Assembly: GCA_964351975.1 (NCBI GenBank)
Contig: CAYGPK010000007.1
Location: 3,504-67,503 of the forward strand
DNA from: an uncultured Methanosarcinales archaeon
Lineage (GTDB): Archaea > Nanobdellota > Nanobdellia > Woesearchaeales > UBA583
DNA length: 64,000 nt
Direction of reading: 5' to 3'
Positions 27,977 through 37,027 of this stretch are shown one piece after another. The notes under the pieces were generated by a model, which saw only the letters and a list, made by a program, of their open reading frames with translations, was not told the origin of the DNA and did not search any database. A program made the position numbers and the translations under genes. Numbering within the stretch: position 1 is the stretch's first letter; every line of letters starts with the position of its first letter.

Positions 27977-28849
27977 TTAATTTAAATTAGTTTCAAGAAA
28001 ACTTAAAGTTTTCATCCAAGCATCTTTAGTTTCGTTTTCTGCAAATCTTGACCCACTTGGATTTAAGAATGCGTGACCAACTCCAGAGTAAATTGTAATA
28101 TCATTTTCATATCCAACTTCATTTAATCCTGTTCTAAATACTTCAACAGTATCAGGCGTAATTCCTGTATCAAGTTCACCAAAGATTCCTAAAACTGGTG
28201 CATCAATTTTTGCAATTTCATCAATTTCTTGAGGAAGTGAACCGTAGAAAATAATAGTTGCATCTAAATTAGCATCTGATGTTGAAAGTTTAGCTGATTG
28301 TTCTCCACCAAAACAAAATCCAATAGATGCAACTTTAGAGATACCTTCTTCATTTTTCAAGTAATCAATTCCTGCTTTCATATTTTTAATTGATTCATTT
28401 TGATCAATGCCCATTCTATATTGCATAGCTTCACTTGAATTTTGCGCAACATTTCCATTGTATAAATCAACAGCAAGAACAACATATCCTTCCTTTGCGA
28501 TTGTATTTGCAACTTCTTTGATATGCTCATTTAATCCCCACCATTCATGTATCATAATAATACCAGGATAAGATTTATTATCGTCCGGTCTTACCAAATA
28601 TCCTTTTACATCATTATAATATGTAACTTCTTCAGATCTTATTGAAACATTGTTCTTTGTTCCAACAATACTTAGGAATTGATTAGTATTACCAACAACA
28701 CTCATATGATCAGTTGTTTCATTTTCTTGTAATTCAGGAATTTTAATTTCCTCTACATCCTCAGTATTAATTAACTCACTATCAATATTTGTTGAACAAG
28801 CACTTAATACAAAAAGTGATATAATTAATAAAATTAATTTGATTTTCAT
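27977..28849 (-). CDS. Secreted dienelactone hydrolase-family esterase, lipobox-like signal
   Basis: LSAC signal, MIHEWWGLNEHIKEVANTIAKEGYVVLAVDLY, nucleophile region IGFCFGG, C-terminal GVGHAF. Confidence 0.8.
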   Translation of the reverse strand: MKIKLILLIISLFVLSACSTNIDSELINTEDVEEIKIPELQENETTDHMSVVGNTNQFLSIVGTKNNVSIRSEEVTYYNDVKGYLVRPDDNKSYPGIIMIHEWWGLNEHIKEVANTIAKEGYVVLAVDLYNGNVAQNSSEAMQYRMGIDQNESIKNMKAGIDYLKNEEGISKVASIGFCFGGEQSAKLSTSDANLDATIIFYGSLPQEIDEIAKIDAPVLGIFGELDTGITPDTVEVFRTGLNEVGYENDITIYSGVGHAFLNPSGSRFAENETKDAWMKTLSFLETNLN

Positions 28850-28918
28850 GTAATATTAATTAATATATATACTTTTATAAAAGTTTATTAAGATGAGAAA
28901 GAAACAGTTTTTTTTGAA

Positions 28919-30295
28919 CTATAACTCTTTAAACAAGAATAAAGCTGTTTCTTTTGCTTTTTGATGTTCAACTATAGGTTTAGGATAATCAATTGGAATA
29001 AGTGGCCTTTGCGTCTCTAAATTATGTATCATTTTAGGTGTTAAATCTTTTAAATCGGGTAACCACTTTTTTATGTATTCACAACTCTCATCAAATTTCT
29101 TTTGCTGAAGCCAAGGATTAAAAATTCTAAAATAAGGCTGAGCATCACAACCAGTTGATGCTGCCCACTGCCAAGAACCATTATTAACACAAGGATCGTA
29201 ATCAATTAGTTTTTGAGCAAAGTATTTCTCACCCATTCTCCAATCAATGTGCAAATCCTTTGTTAGAAAAGATGCAACAATCATTCTACATCTATTATGC
29301 ATATATCCCGTTATATTTAATTCTCTCATTGCAGCATCAACTATTGGAAAACCAGTTTTTCCCTTTTTCCACGCTTCAAACTTATCTGAATCATTTTCCC
29401 AAGGTATATTATTATATTTTTTTTGAAACGCATTTCCAAAAACATTAGGAAAAAAATATGCAATTTGCGTAAAAAAATCCCTCCAGTAGAGTTGTCTAAT
29501 GAAAGGTTCAGAATTAGGCATATTTTCACTTGCAAAATAAAATACTTCTCTTGGTGATATTGTTCCAAATTTATTATGAGAACTCAAATATGATGTTGAA
29601 CTTAAAATAGGAAAATCTCTTTTTTCTTTATAGTCTTTTTTTGTTTTTAATTTATTCATTAAATCCCTTGCTTCAACTCTTCCACCCTTGATTGCAAGAT
29701 TTGGATTCTTCTCAGTTATAATCTTATTTTCTATATCTTCTAATGTAGTTGTATCATCAATTTCTAGATTATAATAATTTGAAAACTCATTTTTTATAGG
29801 TTTTGGGATTTCAAATTGAAGTGAATTTTTGTAAAATGGTGTAAATACAGTATAAGGGTTACCATCAGCTTTTTTAGTTTTATTAGGATTATTTAAAAGT
29901 AAATCAAAGCAAGAATTAAATTCAATATTATTATTTTTACAAAATTCTTGAATCTCTTTATCACGTTTAATACTAAATGGTGTATAATCTTCATTAACGT
30001 ATAAAGCATCAAAATCTAATTTATCTTTTAAATCCTTTAATATTTGAAGGTTATCTCCATAAAAGGTGTATAATTTTGAATTATGAATTTTTAGCTCTTC
30101 ATTTAAATCTTTTAGAGAATTAATCATAAACTCAATAATATTACTAGATTTATACTCATTGTTTTCAACTTGTAATTTATTAAAAATAAAAATTGGAATT
30201 ACTCTATCAGACTCAGATAAAGCTTTAATTAAAGCAGTATTATCAAAAAGTCTTAAGTCTCTTCTAAAAATAAATATAGATAGTTTATTTTTCAT
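28919..30295 (-). CDS. phr: Deoxyribodipyrimidine photolyase / cryptochrome family
   Basis: N-terminal IFIFRRDLRLFDNTAL, FAD-binding TGFPIVDAAMREL..TGYMHNRCRMIVASFL, and NNGSWQWAASTGCDAQPYFRIFNP. Confidence 0.9.
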   Translation of the reverse strand: MKNKLSIFIFRRDLRLFDNTALIKALSESDRVIPIFIFNKLQVENNEYKSSNIIEFMINSLKDLNEELKIHNSKLYTFYGDNLQILKDLKDKLDFDALYVNEDYTPFSIKRDKEIQEFCKNNNIEFNSCFDLLLNNPNKTKKADGNPYTVFTPFYKNSLQFEIPKPIKNEFSNYYNLEIDDTTTLEDIENKIITEKNPNLAIKGGRVEARDLMNKLKTKKDYKEKRDFPILSSTSYLSSHNKFGTISPREVFYFASENMPNSEPFIRQLYWRDFFTQIAYFFPNVFGNAFQKKYNNIPWENDSDKFEAWKKGKTGFPIVDAAMRELNITGYMHNRCRMIVASFLTKDLHIDWRMGEKYFAQKLIDYDPCVNNGSWQWAASTGCDAQPYFRIFNPWLQQKKFDESCEYIKKWLPDLKDLTPKMIHNLETQRPLIPIDYPKPIVEHQKAKETALFLFKEL

Positions 30296-30329
30296 ATTTA
30301 TTTAAATTAAATTGTATTATTAAAGTTTC

Positions 30330-31559
30330 TTATTTTTTCAAAGTAAATTGTGTTTTCTTTGCTTTTTTATTCTTCTTTGAAAATTTTTTAACTCTTTTAA
30401 ATTGTGGTTTTGCATCTTTACCTGTTGCATTTTTAGCAAATTCACTATGAAATTCATGACTGTAAACTTTTAATTTGCTTTTTAGTAATTTCTCAATTCT
30501 ATCTAGAAAATTTCTCTCTTCTGGAGAACAAAAAGAATAGGCAACTCCTTTTTTATTATATCTTGCAGTTCTTCCTATTCTATGAACATAAACTTCTTCT
30601 AGTGTTGGTAATTCAAAGTTTATAACGTGAGTTATATCTGGAATATCAAGGCCCCTTGATGCTAAATCAGTTGCGATTAAATGCCTAGTTTTTTTGGATT
30701 TAATATCCTCAATTGCTTTTAGCCTGTGTGGTTCTGATTTTTTAGAATGAATAGAAAATGAGTCAATATTATTATTTGATAAAAATCTAACGATATTATC
30801 AACTTCTTTTCGTGAATTTGCAAATACTATTGTTGATTTTACTTCTTTCTTATTTAAAATTTCTAAAAGTAATTTATATTTAAATTCTTTTTTTGTGAAC
30901 AAAACAAATTGTTCAATTAAATCAGTATTAACTTTTTCTTCATTAATATTTACTTTAACAGGATTAACTAAAATTTCATCAATTAGCTTTTCAATTTCAG
31001 GTGAAACAGTTGCAGAAAAGAAAATAGATTGTCTTAGCTTTGGAAGTTTTTTAATTACTTTTTTTACATAAAAAGAAGAACCTATTTCAAGCATTTTATC
31101 AACTTCATCTAGAACAAAATAACGAACTGAATCTAAATCGATAATCTTCTCATTTGTTAAATCATCTAGTTTTTCAGGAGTTGTAATGATTATTTCATAA
31201 TTTTCTTTATGATCAAATTCAACTGAACCATATAAAGAAGCACATTTAATTTTTGTATATTTAGAATAAGATTTAATATTTTCAGTTATTTGAATTACAA
31301 GTTCTCTAGTTGGGGCAAGTATTATAACTTTAGGGAAGTTAGTAATTAATTCTTTTTTTGAAGAATCTAAAAGTAATTGAAGTATTGGAATTGAAAAAGC
31401 ACCAGTTTTTCCTGATCCTGTTTGGGCAATACCTAATATATCCCTTTTCTCAAGTATTTTTTCGATTGCTTTTTCTTGAATAGGGGTTAAAGTCTCATAA
31501 TTTATTTCATTTAGAGCCTCTTGTAATTCAATGTCCAAATTTAAATCTTTAAATAACAT
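30330..31559 (-). CDS. DEAD-box RNA helicase
   Basis: Q motif TPIQ, AQTGSGKT, PTRELV, DEVD (DEAD variant), SAT, and HRIGRTAR, with a basic C-terminal tail. Confidence 0.9.
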   Translation of the reverse strand: MLFKDLNLDIELQEALNEINYETLTPIQEKAIEKILEKRDILGIAQTGSGKTGAFSIPILQLLLDSSKKELITNFPKVIILAPTRELVIQITENIKSYSKYTKIKCASLYGSVEFDHKENYEIIITTPEKLDDLTNEKIIDLDSVRYFVLDEVDKMLEIGSSFYVKKVIKKLPKLRQSIFFSATVSPEIEKLIDEILVNPVKVNINEEKVNTDLIEQFVLFTKKEFKYKLLLEILNKKEVKSTIVFANSRKEVDNIVRFLSNNNIDSFSIHSKKSEPHRLKAIEDIKSKKTRHLIATDLASRGLDIPDITHVINFELPTLEEVYVHRIGRTARYNKKGVAYSFCSPEERNFLDRIEKLLKSKLKVYSHEFHSEFAKNATGKDAKPQFKRVKKFSKKNKKAKKTQFTLKK

Positions 31560-31617
31560 TTTTCTATATAATAGTATATTTAAAAGAATTTATAAATTAA
31601 GTAGATTAAAGGAAAGT

Positions 31618-32055
31618 TTATTTTGATTTTTTTAACTTTGATTTAATTTTAATATTTCTATCAAATAATGCTTTGTATTTATCAAAATAAATATAAATTA
31701 AATAAACATTTACAAGTCCCATAGCAATTGAAATTGGTAAATTTTGTGGTCCTGAAAATAAATGATAAACAATTATTCCAATTGTAATTGGTGTTATAAA
31801 AATAACAGCGAGCGCAGGCAGAAAATTAGTTATTAACATAACTGCTACAACTAATTCCATTGCTTTTGCAAGTTGAATTATACCTGTATCCCAAAAAGCT
31901 TTAGTAAGTTCTATGTCCTGTGCACTTATTCCTTCCATAGGATTTCCGTTCACTATTGCCTTTGCTCCAAAAAATCCAGCAATTGCTGCCATTAACAAAA
32001 ATAGAGAAAAAAATACTCTAACACTTGTCACTAAATATTTATTTTTTAAATCCAT
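31618..32055 (-). CDS. Integral membrane protein (4 TM, DoxX-like?)
   Basis: Hydrophobicity pattern only. Confidence 0.45.
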   Translation of the reverse strand: MDLKNKYLVTSVRVFFSLFLLMAAIAGFFGAKAIVNGNPMEGISAQDIELTKAFWDTGIIQLAKAMELVVAVMLITNFLPALAVIFITPITIGIIVYHLFSGPQNLPISIAMGLVNVYLIYIYFDKYKALFDRNIKIKSKLKKSK

Positions 32056-32123
32056 TTAACTATACTAGAATCTCTAGAATTTATAAATATATCTTAATAT
32101 CTGTTCTATATTCTAAATAACAT

Positions 32124-33266
32124 TTATTCTTGAAATATTTCTTTCATTAAAACTGTTGCATAACTTCCTTTTTGAAGTGTAAATTCAAGTTTGACTAAAT
32201 ATCTATTATTTCCTCTTAAAGTATATTTATCATCTCTTGTAATCATTAAAACTTTTAAATCCTTGTTAAATATAACAACATCTCTATAACTTGTTTTAAG
32301 AAAACTTCCACTTTTGGAGATATCATTTATATTTTCAAGTGTTAAACCTTCTTTTTCTAGAACCCTTTTTGTAATTTCTTTTTCTTTTTCATTTGGTTCA
32401 CAATTTCTTCCAAACATAATAAATTGAGAGGTTTCTATTTTTTTATTAGAAAAAAATAATTCACCTATATTATAATTAACTTTGTAATAATCTTTATTAT
32501 TTGTTACAATTATTTTAACACATTCATTCCAAAGATAACTTTGATAAGACATTACAACCATTTCTTTTATTTTTGATGGTATGACTTTGTAAGCGGATTT
32601 AAATGATTTTTGTTCTAAATATTTTTTTTGTACTAAATCTAGATATAAGAGATTTGCTTTTATACTTCCAAAATTATTCCAATTTTTTTTTAATTTATCA
32701 TATTCAATTTGATTATCTTTATTCGAATAAGATTGATATTGACTTAATAAAATATATTTAACCGCATTTTCATAATCTCTTTTTGCAAGGAACTTTGCAA
32801 TAAAAACTTTATTTATAACATTCCCAAATCTTTGAGAATCAAAATAATTTATTATTCCTTTCTCTTTTATTTTTTCAATTCGCTCATTAAGTTTTTTAGT
32901 TTGTTTTTCTTCTAAATCTCTTATTGTTATAGTAAATTTATTTCCAATTAAGTTCCCTGTTTTAATTGGGCTTTTAGAAAATCCTAATTTAGTTAGAGAA
33001 TAATTTTCTTTGATAGAATCTAAAATATTATATTTTGTAGCAATAGAAATTAATTGTGTTGTAATTGCGTGCCTATCTTTAATTCCAGCATACCCTATTT
33101 CATTTCTTTTAAGATTGTATTTTTTACTTAATTTAGAGATAATTTCAAGTGTTTCAAGATTATTTTTCTTTAATTCATAAATAGTATAATCTTCTTTATT
33201 TTTTAAAATTTCAATATTTGAAACTTCTTCTACAATAAAATCCTCAGGTAAAACTCTTAATTTCAT
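32124..33266 (-). CDS. truD: tRNA pseudouridine synthase D (TruD/Pus7 family)
   Basis: N-terminal LPEDFIVEEV, catalytic block YAGIKDRHAITTQ, NYFDSQRFG. Confidence 0.8.
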   Translation of the reverse strand: MKLRVLPEDFIVEEVSNIEILKNKEDYTIYELKKNNLETLEIISKLSKKYNLKRNEIGYAGIKDRHAITTQLISIATKYNILDSIKENYSLTKLGFSKSPIKTGNLIGNKFTITIRDLEEKQTKKLNERIEKIKEKGIINYFDSQRFGNVINKVFIAKFLAKRDYENAVKYILLSQYQSYSNKDNQIEYDKLKKNWNNFGSIKANLLYLDLVQKKYLEQKSFKSAYKVIPSKIKEMVVMSYQSYLWNECVKIIVTNNKDYYKVNYNIGELFFSNKKIETSQFIMFGRNCEPNEKEKEITKRVLEKEGLTLENINDISKSGSFLKTSYRDVVIFNKDLKVLMITRDDKYTLRGNNRYLVKLEFTLQKGSYATVLMKEIFQE

Positions 33267-33445
33267 CTTCTCGAAGAGATTAAACGAGCTGAGTTTATAA
33301 GCTTGACTGAGAATTAAAGTACTCAGTTAATTTTGAAGGAAAAATGCCATTTAAAATGGAGAAAGCATCAATGGCAGGTTTTGAAGTTCTTGTTAAGTTT
33401 TAATCAGATTTATTTTTATTGATTTTTTTAGAATTGAAAATATTT

Positions 33446-34021
33446 TTATTTAGATAATAAAATAAGTAGAATTAAGATTATTAAAACATCAAAAAATATT
33501 GCAATAAGCAAGCTTGTTGGTATATAGTTTTTTCTATTACTTTTTCTAATAGTTATATTTTCTTTATTGATTTTTGCAATTTTTTCTAATTTATCAAGAT
33601 CAATTCCTTTTTTCAATTTAAATGTTTTTACAGTTTTGATTTCTTTTTTATTATCTACGAATATTTTCTCTAACTGAAATTTCTTTGTTAAAAAATAGTA
33701 AAATAATGCTCTGTATTTTTTAGTATTTGTAGTTCCAAATATATCTCTAACACTAATTATTGCTAAATCTAAGATATCTTCATCAACTCTTGATAATTTT
33801 AATTTTCTTTTCAAAAAACTCTTTTTTACAGTATTTACTTCTTTTTCATCACTTGTTGAGACAAGCTCAGAATCAGCATTATGAATTGATGGGCCCAGGT
33901 ATTTTGTTATTGCTTCAAGCAAGTCAAAATTTGGCTTTTCTTCATATTTTAGAATCTCTTCCTTGTAAAATGCTAGTTTAATATCTCTTTTGTTCATTTT
34001 TATATTAGTAGAAGTATTCAT
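33446..34021 (-). CDS. DUF2853-like domain fused to a C-terminal TM anchor
   Basis: LLEAITKYLGPSIHNADSELVSTSDEKEVNTVKKSFLKRKLKL and KKYRALFYYFLTKKF recall DUF2853. Hydrophobic C-terminus. The family call is from memory only. Confidence 0.45.
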   Translation of the reverse strand: MNTSTNIKMNKRDIKLAFYKEEILKYEEKPNFDLLEAITKYLGPSIHNADSELVSTSDEKEVNTVKKSFLKRKLKLSRVDEDILDLAIISVRDIFGTTNTKKYRALFYYFLTKKFQLEKIFVDNKKEIKTVKTFKLKKGIDLDKLEKIAKINKENITIRKSNRKNYIPTSLLIAIFFDVLIILILLILLSK

Positions 34022-34121
34022 TAGATTATAAACTTAACTCTAAAGTGACAACAATAAAAACTTAGAAAAATTACATATATTTTTCTAAATTTTAAGATAA
34101 TATATACTTTTTAATTAAACT

Positions 34122-35036
34122 TTATTTGTTTAATTTAGAAATAAAAGCTACAATTTCATAAGATGAGAATCTAATGATTTTTTCTTCAATTTTAAAACTG
34201 TATTTTGTAACTAAAACTTCTAAAGTTAAATTTGAACCATCTTTAATTAAAGTCTTTATCTTAATAAATATATTCTCAGGATTTACTAAATTTGCAAATT
34301 CTTCGGATATTTTCTTAACTAAATATTTTTCTAATTTTGGAATTTCAGAATAAAATTCAGCAGGAAAGAGAAAGGAATAATTTATTTTTTTAATACTATT
34401 TTTACTATAATTAATAACTTCCTTATCCATAAAAATTGAATTTGGAACATAAACAATATCTCCATCATCAGTTTTAAGCTCAACATTTTGAAGAGTTATA
34501 TTTACAATTTTTCCTTTATAATTGTCAATTGTGATATACTCTCGTAATTTAACATTACCTGAAAACATTAATCTTAGTCCATTTATGAAATTTGCAAATA
34601 TTTCCTTAAATAAAATTGTTATTGCAACTGCAAATAAAGCAATTGTTGTAAAAAATGATTTCATATCAACTCCAAGTAAATAAAATAAAAGTACAAGGAA
34701 TATGAAATTAATTGTAATTGAATTCAAATTATCAAATGCAAGTATTAAATTATCATAATGGTCAGGTGCAAGATTGTTTTTCTTTCTATAAAATGAGACA
34801 AAAAAAATTCTAATTAAATTAACAATAAAACTAATACTAAGGTAAAATAAAACCAATTCTAGTATTGCAGGCATTATCCCATATTGGATCCATTTTTGGG
34901 GATAAAAATATTGTAAGATGATTAGAAGAACAACTGTAAATAACTGAGCATACATAGTTATTTTTCTTTTTTTTGAAATATGTAAATTTGTTAGTTTTAA
35001 TATTTCTTTAATTTCTATTAAAAATTGCTTAATCAT
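34122..35036 (-). CDS. Small-conductance mechanosensitive channel (MscS family)
   Basis: TM3-like FANFINGLRLMF followed by the beta domain G.IVNITLQNVELKTDDGDIVYVPNSIF...VINYS. Confidence 0.75.
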   Translation of the reverse strand: MIKQFLIEIKEILKLTNLHISKKRKITMYAQLFTVVLLIILQYFYPQKWIQYGIMPAILELVLFYLSISFIVNLIRIFFVSFYRKKNNLAPDHYDNLILAFDNLNSITINFIFLVLLFYLLGVDMKSFFTTIALFAVAITILFKEIFANFINGLRLMFSGNVKLREYITIDNYKGKIVNITLQNVELKTDDGDIVYVPNSIFMDKEVINYSKNSIKKINYSFLFPAEFYSEIPKLEKYLVKKISEEFANLVNPENIFIKIKTLIKDGSNLTLEVLVTKYSFKIEEKIIRFSSYEIVAFISKLNK

Positions 35037-35149
35037 TTTATATCTAATCTGAGAAGTTTGGTTTGGTTTTTAAATCTAATTAGAACTTTAATAATGAAAC
35101 AAATTAATATTTAAAATTTTAGAAATTTTTTATAAAATAAGGTTATAAT

Positions 35150-35704
35150 TTAACCTAATTTAACATAACTTTCTTGAGTATTTCCTGCAATATTTGAAAC
35201 AATCCAAATTTCAGTCATATCTTCTGATAAGTAATATTCTGTATTAATTTCCCCAATATATTCCATAGTTTGAGTATGAACACCTTTACAAGTTGTAACA
35301 CCGTTGTAATCAGCTATTCCTTCATAAACTACATCAATGCTTGCTCCTTCACCTTCAAATTTATATGTATCACCAGCAACACACCAATCATTTATTGAAC
35401 TTTGTGCTGCAATTTCTAAGTCTCCTTCAATAGCCCCTTCACTAATTGCAACATCATTTTTAACATTACCTTGTGAATCAACCGTTGTTGTAATTTCAAC
35501 ATCTTCATTTGAGATTGTAGCTTGAGATTCTACAACATCCACATCTATTTCACTAGCTGCATCTTTTGAATCAATTGAAGCATCAACTTGAACACTATTT
35601 TGAGTTTCAGCTGGTACTTGAGTATTTGATTCAACATCTAAATTACTACTACATCCTGCAAAAATAGCAAGTATTGCAATAAATACTAAAAATATTTTTT
35701 TCAT
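35150..35704 (-). CDS. Secreted acidic protein with lipobox-like signal (FAGCSS)
   Basis: Signal peptide plus Cys, with an acidic low-complexity N-terminal half. Confidence 0.55.
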   Translation of the reverse strand: MKKIFLVFIAILAIFAGCSSNLDVESNTQVPAETQNSVQVDASIDSKDAASEIDVDVVESQATISNEDVEITTTVDSQGNVKNDVAISEGAIEGDLEIAAQSSINDWCVAGDTYKFEGEGASIDVVYEGIADYNGVTTCKGVHTQTMEYIGEINTEYYLSEDMTEIWIVSNIAGNTQESYVKLG

Positions 35705-35854
35705 AGTATTATAAAGTTTAGAAAATGTCTTTATAAATTTATTTAACTTATAATTTCATAATTTCTAGATATTTACTTTTTAAAAGTAGAGAGAAAGTTA
35801 GAGCTAGAATAAATTTAACTTTTAGATATCTTCATTAAAGTATTAATCATAATT

Positions 35855-35862
35855 ATTATAAA
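35855..35862 (+). promoter_or_regulatory. TATA box (ATTATAAA) for the topoisomerase IB gene
   Basis: 25 nt upstream of the ATG at 35888. Confidence 0.45.
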
Positions 35863-35887
35863 TACAATTTTTATTAATAAAATATAA

Positions 35888-36949
35888 ATGAAAAAACATA
35901 TTTTAGAGAATGGGACTACAAGAATTAAATCTGTTGATTTTGAGTTATATGAAATAAAAAACGGTATTTGGATCAAGTCTTCTAAAAAAATCTTAAAGTC
36001 AACTAAAGAGATTATTAAAGATTATATTAAAACTAATTCAGAACAAGAGTTGTATGACAACTTTTCAAAAGATTTTTTAAAAGGTTTTGTTGATTCCTCA
36101 GGATTAATTTATGGTGAGAGAATTCAAACTTTACCAAATGGAAAAAAACTATCTAGGGGTGGATTCTCATTATTTGCAAAAAATTTAAAATATAACTTTG
36201 ATGGAGATCCTGAATGGGATATTTGTTATGAGAATAGTTCAGGCTCTAAAACTTATTTGTATTGTGAAGATAAGATTCATTTAGAAAAAAAGAGAAAGGC
36301 AAAATTAGTTGATGAGTTTACAAAATATTATTCAATTATTCTTGAGAATTTAGAAATCGATATTAAAGCTACATCAGACTCAAAATATTTAGCGTTGTAC
36401 ACCTTAATTATAACACATATTAGAGTGGGTAATTTAGAACATTACAAACATTTAGGGCATATGGGTCTTACTACATTAAAAAAAGATAATATTAAGGTTT
36501 CAGGTAATACAGTTATTTTTGATTATATTGGTAAAGATGCAATACCACATCATAAAGAATTTGAGTTTCCAGATTTTTATATTAAAAAGTTAAATAAAAT
36601 TTTAAAGAGTAAAAATAAAGATGATTTTGTTTTTTCAAATAAGAACAACAACCCGATTCATTCTTTAGAGTTTAGCGACATTTTATTCAAATACACTCAA
36701 AAGCATTTTTACCCACATATTATCAGATCTTATTATGCAGATTTGACAGTTCTAACCTATCTTAGAAAGCATAGAAAAACTTCAAAGAAAGAAGTAATTA
36801 GTGAATTAAAGGAAATTGCTTGGAATTTAGGACATAAGAAATTTAATAAAAGTAAGAATGAGTGGGAACCTTCATATAAAATAACTGTTGATAACTACAT
36901 TAGACCTGAATATTATGAAAGACTCTGTAAATTGTATGAGAAGAAATAA
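35888..36949 (+). CDS. Type IB DNA topoisomerase, small poxvirus/bacterial type
   Basis: Catalytic pentad context: THIRVGNLEHY..GHMGLTTLKK (Arg), FDYIGKD (Lys), HIIRSYYA (Arg), NLGHKK (His), VDNYIRPE (Tyr). Order and spacing match TopIB, apart from an insertion between His and Tyr. Confidence 0.7.
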   Translation: MKKHILENGTTRIKSVDFELYEIKNGIWIKSSKKILKSTKEIIKDYIKTNSEQELYDNFSKDFLKGFVDSSGLIYGERIQTLPNGKKLSRGGFSLFAKNLKYNFDGDPEWDICYENSSGSKTYLYCEDKIHLEKKRKAKLVDEFTKYYSIILENLEIDIKATSDSKYLALYTLIITHIRVGNLEHYKHLGHMGLTTLKKDNIKVSGNTVIFDYIGKDAIPHHKEFEFPDFYIKKLNKILKSKNKDDFVFSNKNNNPIHSLEFSDILFKYTQKHFYPHIIRSYYADLTVLTYLRKHRKTSKKEVISELKEIAWNLGHKKFNKSKNEWEPSYKITVDNYIRPEYYERLCKLYEKK

Positions 36950-37027
36950 AACTAATTATTCTCAGTTAAGAATTTTCCTAAATATTTTTTTAACAATATA
37001 TTTAAACAAGCTTTGATAATTTATATT

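Noticed and set aside
33267-33445. Intergenic region after the DUF2853-like gene, with a 19-codon ORF and short inverted repeats, read as a possible sRNA or toxin
   Set aside because: The inverted repeats are only 6-7 bp. The TATA-like element fits the truD promoter, and nothing else distinguishes the region.
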